A DNA stretch of 32,000 nt, taken from Dickeya dadantii NCPPB 898. GTDB taxonomy: Bacteria > Pseudomonadota > Gammaproteobacteria > Enterobacterales > Enterobacteriaceae. A program made the position numbers and the translations under genes. Under the pieces are notes generated by a model, which saw nothing but the letters and a program-made list of their open reading frames with translations, had not been told where the DNA came from and did not search any database. The stretch is from NCBI RefSeq assembly GCF_000406145.1, contig NZ_CM001976.1, positions 4,455,175 to 4,487,174 of the forward strand. Reading direction: 5' to 3'. This document shows positions 1 to 7,081 of this stretch, piece by piece. The stretch's first letter is position 1. Each line of letters begins with the position of its first letter.

Positions 1-49
1 GATAGTAACCCGGACAATTACCATTACCCTGATCATAGGATGTACTCAT

Positions 50-1177
50 ATGACGGAACACATTACCTCCTCAACGCCCTCCGAAGAGGTGGTCGAACGG
101 GCTGAATCCACTCCTCCGCAAAAATCGCCGCCCGCCTCCGGTGCGCCGCGCCACGGTATTGTGCTGGGCGCCATCGCTATTGTGGTTTCGCTGGCGCTGA
201 GCGGCGGCGTCTACTATTACGCCCACCAGCAGATGACGCGTCAGAGTACCGCACTGACCCAATTGCAGGATCAGTTGACTGCGCTGCAAAAGCAGCAATC
301 ACAGGCGCAGCAGCAGTGGCAACAGACTCTGGATCAGCAGGCCAAAGCCCTGAGCGCCGATGAGCAGCGATTGGCGACCCTGACCCGGCAGGCCGGTGAA
401 ATGCAGGAAAAACTGGCCACTCTCGCTAACAGCGACTCCAAAACCTGGCTGCTGGCGCAGGCTGATTTTCTGGTCAAACAGGCCGGACGCAAGCTGTGGA
501 GCGATAAAGACGTCACCACCGCCGGTGCCCTGCTCAAAAGCGCCGATGCCAGCCTGGCGGACATGAACGACCCCAGCCTGATCGACGTGCGCCGGGCCAT
601 CACCCATGATATCGGCATGCTGGCAGGCGTCAGTCAGATCGACTTCGACGGCATCATCCTTAAAGTGAATCAGTTGGCGGATCAGGTGGACAACCTGCGG
701 CTGGCCGATACCGACTCCGACGAAGCGCCGATGGAAGAAAACGACTCGACGCTGTCGGCTTCGCTGAGCGAATGGCGGCAGAACCTGAGCAAGAGCTGGC
801 ATAACTTCCTGTCGGACTTCATCACCATCCGTCGCCGCGACGACAGCGCCGAACCGCTGCTGGCGCCGAATCAGGATGTGTATCTGCGTGAAAACATCCG
901 TTCACGCCTGCTGGTCGCCGCGCAAGCGGTGCCGCGCCACCAGAACGAAACGTACCGGCAATCGCTGGAAACGGCGGCGACCTGGATACGCGCCTACTTT
1001 GACGAAAGCGATCCGACCACCAAAGCGTTTCTGGACCAGTTGGACGCGCTGAGCCAGCAGTCGGTGGCGATGGATGTACCGAATGAACTGCAAAGCCAGC
1101 CGCTGCTGGACAAACTGATGCAAACCCGGGTCCGCAACCTGCTGGCGCAGCCGTCCGCCAAACCACAGGAGGGCTGA
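50..1177 (+). CDS. hemX: HemX (membrane-anchored protein of the hemCDXY operon)
   Basis: 375-aa ORF. It has one N-terminal TM segment ([23 protein letters not shown]) followed by a Q/A/L-rich coiled-coil-like region, as in enterobacterial HemX. hemY follows after a 2-nt gap. Confidence 0.9.
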   Translation: MTEHITSSTPSEEVVERAESTPPQKSPPASGAPRHGIVLGAIAIVVSLALSGGVYYYAHQQMTRQSTALTQLQDQLTALQKQQSQAQQQWQQTLDQQAKALSADEQRLATLTRQAGEMQEKLATLANSDSKTWLLAQADFLVKQAGRKLWSDKDVTTAGALLKSADASLADMNDPSLIDVRRAITHDIGMLAGVSQIDFDGIILKVNQLADQVDNLRLADTDSDEAPMEENDSTLSASLSEWRQNLSKSWHNFLSDFITIRRRDDSAEPLLAPNQDVYLRENIRSRLLVAAQAVPRHQNETYRQSLETAATWIRAYFDESDPTTKAFLDQLDALSQQSVAMDVPNELQSQPLLDKLMQTRVRNLLAQPSAKPQEG

Positions 1178-1179
1178 AC

Positions 1180-2376
1180 ATGCTGAAGGTATTTCTGCTG
1201 TTTGTGGTGCTGATCGCCGGTATCGTAGTGGGGCCGATGCTGGCAGGCCATCAGGGTTACGTGCTGATCCAGACCGACAATTACAACATTGAAACCAGCG
1301 TCACCGGGCTGGTTATCATGCTGGTGCTGTTTCTGCTGGCGTTTCTGGCGGTGGAATGGCTGCTGCGGCGGGTGTTCCGCACCGGCGCCCGCACCCGCGG
1401 CTGGTTCATCGGCCGTAAGCGCACCCGGGCGCGTCAGCAAACCAAAGCGGCGCTGTTGAAACTGACCGAAGGCGACTATCTGCAGGTGGAAAAACTGCTG
1501 ACCCGCAATGCCGATCACGCAGAGCAGCCGGTGGTGAACTACCTGTTGGCGGCGGAAGCCGCCCAGCAGCGCGGCGACGAGTTCCGTACCCGACAATATC
1601 TGGAGCGGGCGGCGGAAATCGCCGACACGAATCAGTTGCCGGTGGATATCACCCGCGTTCGCATTCAACTGGCCCGTAACGAAGACCACGCCGCTCGTCA
1701 CGGCGTAGACCGTTTGCTGGAAGTGGCGCCGCGCCACCCGGAAGTCTTGCGGCTGGCGGAACAGGCGTTCCTGCGTACCCACGCCTACAGCGCTTTGCTG
1801 GATATCCTGCCCGCCATGCGTAAAACCCGGCTGCATGACGAATCCCAGCTGGATGAATTGCAGCAGCGCGCCACCATCGGTTTGATGGATCAGGCGATGG
1901 CGGAAGGCGGCAGCGAAGGGTTGAAACAGTGGTGGAAAAATCAGCCGCGTAAAGTTCGCCAGGCGCTGCCAATGCAGGTGGCCATGGCTGAACGGCTGAT
2001 TGTGTGTGATGACCACGTCACCGCACAGGACATCATTGTAGACGGGCTGAAGCAGCAGTTTGACTACCGGCTGGTACAGCTGATCCCCCGGCTCAATGCC
2101 GGTCAGCCGGAACCGCTGGAAAAACTGTTGCGCCTGCGTCTGAAACAGCACAACGATGACGCGCTGCTGCACAGCACGCTGGGGCAGTTACTGGCGAAGC
2201 ATGGCGAATGGCAACAGGCCAGCGATGCCTTCTCCGCCGCGCTGGCGTTGCGACCGGACGCCTACGACTACGCCTGGTGCGCCGATGCCTTTGACCGGCT
2301 AAAGCGCCCCGAAGACGCGGCCCGCATGCGGCGTGACGGTTTGTTACTGACGCTGCAGCCGCCCCACGACGCCTGA
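1180..2376 (+). CDS. hemY: HemY (inner-membrane TPR-like protein of the hem operon)
   Basis: 398-aa ORF, the length I recall for E. coli HemY. It has two N-terminal hydrophobic helices and a helical-repeat C-terminal part. The ATG lies 2 nt after the hemX stop. Confidence 0.9.
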   Translation: MLKVFLLFVVLIAGIVVGPMLAGHQGYVLIQTDNYNIETSVTGLVIMLVLFLLAFLAVEWLLRRVFRTGARTRGWFIGRKRTRARQQTKAALLKLTEGDYLQVEKLLTRNADHAEQPVVNYLLAAEAAQQRGDEFRTRQYLERAAEIADTNQLPVDITRVRIQLARNEDHAARHGVDRLLEVAPRHPEVLRLAEQAFLRTHAYSALLDILPAMRKTRLHDESQLDELQQRATIGLMDQAMAEGGSEGLKQWWKNQPRKVRQALPMQVAMAERLIVCDDHVTAQDIIVDGLKQQFDYRLVQLIPRLNAGQPEPLEKLLRLRLKQHNDDALLHSTLGQLLAKHGEWQQASDAFSAALALRPDAYDYAWCADAFDRLKRPEDAARMRRDGLLLTLQPPHDA

Positions 2377-2384
2377 CCTGCCCT

Positions 2385-2408
2385 GACCGGCGCGTTCCCG
2401 CGCCGGTC
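2385..2408 (+). terminator. Candidate hemY terminator hairpin
   Basis: GACCGGCGCG-TTCC-CGCGCCGGTC is a perfect 10-bp GC stem 9 nt after the hemY stop. The tail TTCACGTCTTCC is only partly T-rich. Confidence 0.55.
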
Positions 2409-2451
2409 TTCACGTCTTCCAGATAACACCATGATTTAGCTGAATAATGGC

Positions 2452-2656
2452 AAAAAAAAACGCTTACCGACCAGCGGCAAGCGTGCAATAAAAATCAGGT
2501 CTGAAAGACAACTTTAAGGTGCCCCACTCAACGTTACGTCCAACGGCGATGAAGCAAGCTTCATCAATAATCGGACGTTAGGCACCGTAAATGGCTCTGC
2601 GTCATTCCCAGGTTTATGAAGCCGAAGCAAGCATAGAAGGTGGAATGAGCATCTAC
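2452..2656 (-). ncRNA. glmZ: GlmZ small RNA (glmS-activating sRNA, SraJ/RyiA family)
   Basis: The minus strand reads GTAGATGCTCATTCCA...GGAATGACGCAGAGCCATTTACGGTGC...AACGTTGAGTGGGGCACC...TTGTCTTTCAGACCTGATTTTT, then a terminator hairpin (ACGCTTGCCG..CGGTAAGCGT) and T9. These blocks match the E. coli GlmZ sequence as I remember it. The position, convergent with the hemY 3' end, matches E. coli synteny. Confidence 0.88.
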
Positions 2657-2667
2657 ACGCTTAATAA

Positions 2668-2683
2668 AGCATGAATGATGCCA
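2668..2683 (-). promoter_or_regulatory. Sigma54 (-24/-12) type promoter of glmZ
   Basis: The minus strand reads TGGCATCATTCATGCT, so GG and GC have the exact TGGCAC-N5-TTGCW spacing. The GC lies 13-14 nt upstream of the predicted GlmZ 5' end at 2656. Confidence 0.7.
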
Positions 2684-2803
2684 ACTTCACTAAAATCCAA
2701 ATAGAAAAATATTATTCATTGATAAATAAGGAATTAAATATAAATCGCTGCTTAATACCGGCCTAACTAACCTGCTGAAAAATCAGGCATTCCTCACCAA
2801 TAC

Positions 2804-2917
2804 TGTCGCTAATAAGAGACGATGCCAACAGCGCTATTTATATCCTTTAAAAATCAAATGTTTATATGTCTCTCTTTGGCGACAGGAAGACACCCCAACT
2901 GTCGCCGAAAAGCCACA
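2804..2917. promoter_or_regulatory. Three GlrR(QseF)-type activator boxes upstream of glmZ
   Basis: Boxes are TGTC-N10-GACG (2804-2821), TGTC-N10-GACA (2867-2884) and TGTC-N10-CACA (2900-2917). Their centres lie about 156, 219 and 252 bp upstream of the GlmZ 5' end, spaced 63 and 33 bp apart (whole helical turns). A visibly AT-rich stretch (about 2690-2800) separates them from the -24/-12 element, which would suit DNA bending. Confidence 0.6.
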
Positions 2918-2938
2918 GGTAGCGTTTAGCTTACGATT

Positions 2939-2978
2939 CAAACAAAACGGCCACGGATAACCGTGGCCGTTTTGTTTG
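2939..2978 (-). terminator. Rho-independent terminator of the accessory ABC/amidohydrolase operon (symmetric hairpin)
   Basis: CAAACAAAACGGCCACGG-ATAA-CCGTGGCCGTTTTGTTTG is a perfect 18-bp inverted repeat 20 nt after the stop at 2998. A U-rich run follows the GC core on either strand. Confidence 0.8.
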
Positions 2979-2997
2979 ATAGGGCGCTGACGGGTGA

Positions 2998-4158
2998 TCA
3001 GGCGGTCTGCGGCAGTTGTTCCAGGCTCTGCTTCGCCAACTGATACAGGTAATGCGCGGTCGGGAACAGCGCACTATCATCCACCCGGAATTTGGGGTGA
3101 TGCAGCGCGTACGGGCCGCCAGAGCCGACCATCATAAAGGTGCCCGGCAGCTTCTGCTGGTAGAACGCGAAGTCTTCGCCGATGGGGCTGGCTTCGACGC
3201 GACGCGCCTCAAACCCTTCGTCATCAGCGACCTGCAGCGCGAAGTCCACCCAGCGCGGCGTGTTCACCACCGATGGCGGTCCGGCGTGCCAGATAAATTC
3301 GATTTCCGCGCCAAAGGTGCTGGCGATGCCGGCCACAATCTGGCGGAAACGCTGTTCAATCAGGTCACGCACCGCCTGACTAAAAGTACGCACCGTTCCT
3401 TCCACATAGGCGGTGTCCGGAATCACGTTCCAGGTGCTGCCGCTGTGCACCTGGGTGATCGACACCACCGCATTATTGTCGGACGGCACGGTACGGCTAA
3501 TAATGGTCTGCACGGAGGAAATCAGCTGCCCCAGAATAATGATCGGATCATTGCCTTCGTGCGGCTTGGCGGCGTGGCAGCCTTTGGCGGCAATCTTGAT
3601 TTCGAAACGGTCCACCCCGGCGGTCAGCGCGCCGTCTTTACCGCCAATCACGCCGACCGGCAGCGTTGGGTCGTTATGAATGCCGAAAATGGCGGTCGCG
3701 CCGTCCAGCGCGCCGACGGCGATCACTTCCGGCGCGCCCAGCCCGGTTTCTTCAGCCGCCTGAAACAGAATACGCACGGTGCCTTTCAGTTCCGGCTCAA
3801 TGCGTTTAAGCAAAATCGCCGCCCCCAGCGCCGCCGAAGAATGGAAATCGTGACCGCAAGCGTGCATCACGCCGGCATTCTTCGAACTGAATTCGACGCC
3901 GGACTCTTCTTCAATCGGCAGGGCGTCGATGTCGGAACGCACCACCACCAACGGGCCGTCCTGCAGGCCACCCACTTCCGCCACCAGACCGGTTTTCAGC
4001 GGCAGATCCAGAATGCGGATCCCTTCTTTTTCCAGCACGGCGCGAATTTTCCGCGTGGTTTCAAACTCCTGATTGGACAATTCCGGATGCTGATGCAAAT
4101 CGTGCCGGAACGCCTGAATAAACTGCGCCAACGGCGCATGCTGGGCATGCTCTTTCAT
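2998..4158 (-). CDS. M20-family amidohydrolase (N-acyl-L-amino-acid deacylase, hippuricase/YxeP-like)
   Basis: 386-aa ORF with the metal-ligand context MHACGHDFH and a GIHNDP motif typical of the M20D aminoacylase/ILR1 group. A GAGGAG Shine-Dalgarno lies 9 nt upstream of the ATG. It is the last gene of the operon. Confidence 0.85.
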   Translation of the reverse strand: MKEHAQHAPLAQFIQAFRHDLHQHPELSNQEFETTRKIRAVLEKEGIRILDLPLKTGLVAEVGGLQDGPLVVVRSDIDALPIEEESGVEFSSKNAGVMHACGHDFHSSAALGAAILLKRIEPELKGTVRILFQAAEETGLGAPEVIAVGALDGATAIFGIHNDPTLPVGVIGGKDGALTAGVDRFEIKIAAKGCHAAKPHEGNDPIIILGQLISSVQTIISRTVPSDNNAVVSITQVHSGSTWNVIPDTAYVEGTVRTFSQAVRDLIEQRFRQIVAGIASTFGAEIEFIWHAGPPSVVNTPRWVDFALQVADDEGFEARRVEASPIGEDFAFYQQKLPGTFMMVGSGGPYALHHPKFRVDDSALFPTAHYLYQLAKQSLEQLPQTA

Positions 4159-4237
4159 GTAGGGTCACTCCTCTTTTTTCAGCCCTGCCTCGCAGGGCGG
4201 CCCGACGCGTCGAGCCTGCAGGTGAATACGTTATCGA

Positions 4238-4999
4238 TCAGATATCGAACTCTGATGGTTCCTGAATGTTAGTCAGCTGTCGCAGGAAGCGGCGGGTCTG
4301 CGGGTTGTCGGAGAAACTGATCACTTTCTCCGCCGGGCCTTGCTCGACAATGTGTCCATCGGCCATAAAGATCACGCGGTCCGCCACCTCTTTGGCGAAC
4401 TGCATCTCATGGGTCACAATCACCATGGTGGTGTTCTGCCCCGCCAGTTTCTGGATAACCTGCAACACTTCATGCACGCGCTCCGGGTCAAGCGCCGAGG
4501 TCGGCTCATCAAACAGGATCGCTTTAGGGTCCACCGCCAGCGCACGGGCGATGCTGACGCGCTGCTGTTGGCCGCCGGACAGCGTCACCGGATACTGGTG
4601 CGCCTGCGGCAGCAGCCCCACCAGCTCCAGCAGCGACAGCCCAATCTCGTCCGCCTGCTTTTTCGGCATTTTCTTCACCACAATCAGGGCTTCGGTGATG
4701 TTTTCCAGCGCGGTCTTGTTCTTGAACAGGTTGTAGTTCTGGAACACCATCGCCGTCTGGCGTCTGAGCGCATACTCTTCCTTGCCGGTATAACGGCGAG
4801 TATCCAGCGACTGCTCGCCGATGGTAATGGTGCCGGATTCCGGCTTCTCCAGCAGATTCAGGCAACGCAACAGGGTGGATTTGCCCGAGCCGGACGGCCC
4901 GATGATCGCCACCACCTCGCCCTGGGCGATATCCAGACTGATGTTGTTCAGCACCACCTGGTCGCCAAAACGTTTGGTCAGGTTTTTTACGCTAATCAT
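4238..4999 (-). CDS. Polar amino-acid ABC transporter ATP-binding protein
   Basis: 253 aa with Walker A GPSGSGKST, ABC signature LSGGQQQRVSIARAL and Walker B ILFDEPTSALD. An AAGGAG SD overlaps the end of the permease gene. Confidence 0.93.
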   Translation of the reverse strand: MISVKNLTKRFGDQVVLNNISLDIAQGEVVAIIGPSGSGKSTLLRCLNLLEKPESGTITIGEQSLDTRRYTGKEEYALRRQTAMVFQNYNLFKNKTALENITEALIVVKKMPKKQADEIGLSLLELVGLLPQAHQYPVTLSGGQQQRVSIARALAVDPKAILFDEPTSALDPERVHEVLQVIQKLAGQNTTMVIVTHEMQFAKEVADRVIFMADGHIVEQGPAEKVISFSDNPQTRRFLRQLTNIQEPSEFDI

Positions 5000-5008
5000 G
5001 TCGGCTCC

Positions 5009-5680
5009 TTAACGCTGCCGTGAGTGGCTGAGTTTCTTCTCCAGCTGAGACTGCAGCCAGGAGTAAACCACAATGAGCATCCAGTAAATCAGCCCTACCA
5101 CCAGGAAAGTTTCGAAGAAGCGCAGCGATTCGGCGGCGATCATCTTGCCTTCGGCAAACAGTTCCGACACCCCGAGCGCAAAAGCCACCGAGGTATCTTT
5201 AATCAGCGAAATAAAGGTGTTGCCGGTGGCAGGCAGCGCATTGAGCATCGCCTGCGGCAGCACGATGCGGCGATAAATCTGCGCCTTGTTCATCCCTACC
5301 GACAGACCGGCTTCGGTTTGCCCGAAATCCACCGACGCCAGCGCCGCCCGGAAAATCTCCGCCATATAAGCCGAGTTCTTCAGGCTAAAGCCGATAATCG
5401 CCGCCGTCATGGCGGACAGGCCATTCAGTGACGGGAACAGCTGGGGCAGGCCGAAATAGATGATGAACAATTGCACCAGCGACGGGATACCGCGAAACAG
5501 CGAGATATAGAGCTCAACCAGTTTCGCCACCACAACGAAGCGGCTCTCGCGAACCAGCGCCAGCACCAGTCCCAGCACGATGGCAAACAGCATCGATACC
5601 ACCGCCAGCAACAGCGTGGTGGGTAAGTACATCAACACCTGGGGAAAAACTTTCAGCAGGTAGGAAAGATCGATATTCAT
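5009..5680 (-). CDS. Polar amino-acid ABC transporter permease (HisM/TcyL-like)
   Basis: 223-aa hydrophobic ORF with an EAA-loop-like segment (QTEAGLSVGMNKAQIYRRIVLPQA). It lies 9 nt upstream of the ATPase gene. Confidence 0.9.
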   Translation of the reverse strand: MNIDLSYLLKVFPQVLMYLPTTLLLAVVSMLFAIVLGLVLALVRESRFVVVAKLVELYISLFRGIPSLVQLFIIYFGLPQLFPSLNGLSAMTAAIIGFSLKNSAYMAEIFRAALASVDFGQTEAGLSVGMNKAQIYRRIVLPQAMLNALPATGNTFISLIKDTSVAFALGVSELFAEGKMIAAESLRFFETFLVVGLIYWMLIVVYSWLQSQLEKKLSHSRQR

Positions 5681-5698
5681 GGGTCATACCATTAACAC

Positions 5699-5728
5699 TG
5701 ACGCCAGCCGCGAATCTGGCTGGCGTCA
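5699..5728 (-). other. Intercistronic stem-loop between the binding-protein and permease genes
   Basis: TGACGCCAGCC-N8-GGCTGGCGTCA is a perfect 11-bp stem in the 72-nt gap after the binding-protein stop. No U-tract follows, so it is not a classical terminator. Confidence 0.5.
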
Positions 5729-5752
5729 CAGGAGTTGAGCGAGCAGGCAGGG

Positions 5753-6532
5753 TTATTTGCCCGCCGTGATGTCCTCGCCGAAATATTTAACAGACAGGGC
5801 TTTCAGTCGGCCATCACTGCGCATTTTGTTCAGTTCGTCATCAAACTTCTTGCGCAGCTCGTCGCCTTTCTGATCTTTATGGAACGGGAAGCCCACCTGC
5901 TCCACCACCAGCGGCTCGCCCACCAGCTTGAACGGCAGGTTGCGCTTATTGATTTCCGCCAGCAGGATCGGGCGGGAGTTGATGTAACCTTCCACACGTT
6001 TCGCCAACGCATCGCTCATGGCGCCGTCGCGGGTTTCGTAAGTGCGAATGTTGACGCTGCCGTCGGCAAAGGCTTTTTTCAGGTTGTTGACGTGGTTGGA
6101 ACCCAGCACGCCCGCCACGGTTTTGCCTTTCAGATCATCCAGCGTATTGATGTTGGCGTTGTCTTTATGCGTAACGATCTGACTGCCGTAATAGCTGTAC
6201 GGCTGGGAGAAGCTGTATTTCTCCTGACGCGCTGGGGTAATCGCCACCACGTTGGCGATGGTGTCCAGCTTGCTGGCTTCCAGTTGCCCCATCAGGCCGC
6301 TGAAATCCGCCGTCACCCACTCGACTTTGTAGTTCAAATCTTTAGCGATGGTTTCCGCCACTTCCACGTCAAAACCAACCAGCTTGTTGTCCTGTTTGAA
6401 CGAACTCGGGTAGCTCTGCCCGGTGGCGCCGATACGCAGTACCTTCTCGCCGCTGTTCTGAGAATCGCAACCCGCCGCCAGAATGGCCGCAGACAAGGCT
6501 AATACAGGGAGGATAATTTTTTTCATAGTCAT
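5753..6532 (-). CDS. Amino-acid ABC transporter substrate-binding lipoprotein (family 3 SBP, cystine/FliY-like)
   Basis: 259 aa. The signal peptide has the lipobox LAAGC (MTMKKIILPVLALSAAILAAGC). The body resembles polar amino-acid binding proteins. An AAGAGG SD lies 9 nt upstream. Confidence 0.9.
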   Translation of the reverse strand: MTMKKIILPVLALSAAILAAGCDSQNSGEKVLRIGATGQSYPSSFKQDNKLVGFDVEVAETIAKDLNYKVEWVTADFSGLMGQLEASKLDTIANVVAITPARQEKYSFSQPYSYYGSQIVTHKDNANINTLDDLKGKTVAGVLGSNHVNNLKKAFADGSVNIRTYETRDGAMSDALAKRVEGYINSRPILLAEINKRNLPFKLVGEPLVVEQVGFPFHKDQKGDELRKKFDDELNKMRSDGRLKALSVKYFGEDITAGK

Positions 6533-6545
6533 CGAATAACGCCTC

Positions 6546-7070
6546 TTAGGGGTGTTTCTTTTCCCAGTGATGATAAAGGTCCTGATCCAGGACTTTTCGC
6601 ATGTAAATCGTGAGGTGTCCTTTCCCTAAATCCGCCTGGCCGACTTCCTGAAAGCCATATTTCCGGTACATTTCCAGCAACCAGGGATGCTGTTTGGCCG
6701 TGCCCAGCGTCACGGCGGGTGCTTTTAACTGGTCTTTCAGCACCGCCTGCTCCAGCCAGTCCAGCATCTGTTTGCCCAGCCCCTGTTGTTTGAAGTCCGG
6801 ATGGGTGGCGAACCAACCGATGTGCGGTAATCCGTACGGGCCGGGATTCGGCCCCCACGGATAGCGAAGGGTGACAGACGCGGCCAGACGCCCGTCTTTC
6901 TCCATCACATACACGCCGTTGCTGCGCAGATGGCGGCGCACCATATCGATGTCCGCATAGGCGGCGTCAAACTTGATGCCCAGTTCGCGCACCGGCGCAT
7001 AAGCGGCCAGCGCCAGCGCCAAAAATGCCTCATCGTCCGCAGACGTGGCCTGACGAAATACGGTACTCAT
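6546..7070 (-). CDS. GNAT-family N-acetyltransferase
   Basis: 174 aa with the acetyl-CoA motif A QQGLGKQML. A GGGAGAGG SD sits between the lyase stop (7082) and this ATG. Confidence 0.85.
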   Translation of the reverse strand: MSTVFRQATSADDEAFLALALAAYAPVRELGIKFDAAYADIDMVRRHLRSNGVYVMEKDGRLAASVTLRYPWGPNPGPYGLPHIGWFATHPDFKQQGLGKQMLDWLEQAVLKDQLKAPAVTLGTAKQHPWLLEMYRKYGFQEVGQADLGKGHLTIYMRKVLDQDLYHHWEKKHP

Positions 7071-7081
7071 GGCCTCTCCCG

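Noticed and set aside
1-49. A possible hemD 3' end (TAG/TAA at 3-8) at the window start.
   Set aside because: Too little sequence lies inside the window to support a call. It is plausible only from hemCDXY synteny.
3016-4272. 418-aa plus-strand ORF antisense to the M20 amidohydrolase. Similar long shadow ORFs occur at 994-2172(-), 5735-6502(+), 14813-16408(+), 16434-17258(+), 18951-19706(+), 21274-22002(+), 25726-26361(+), 26139-27155(+) and 27814-28551(+).
   Set aside because: Their translations are R/Q/H/G-rich and low in complexity, and I recognise no motifs in them. Each lies exactly opposite a gene with strong homology and proper SD sites. This is the typical stop-codon-poor antisense frame of GC-rich DNA.
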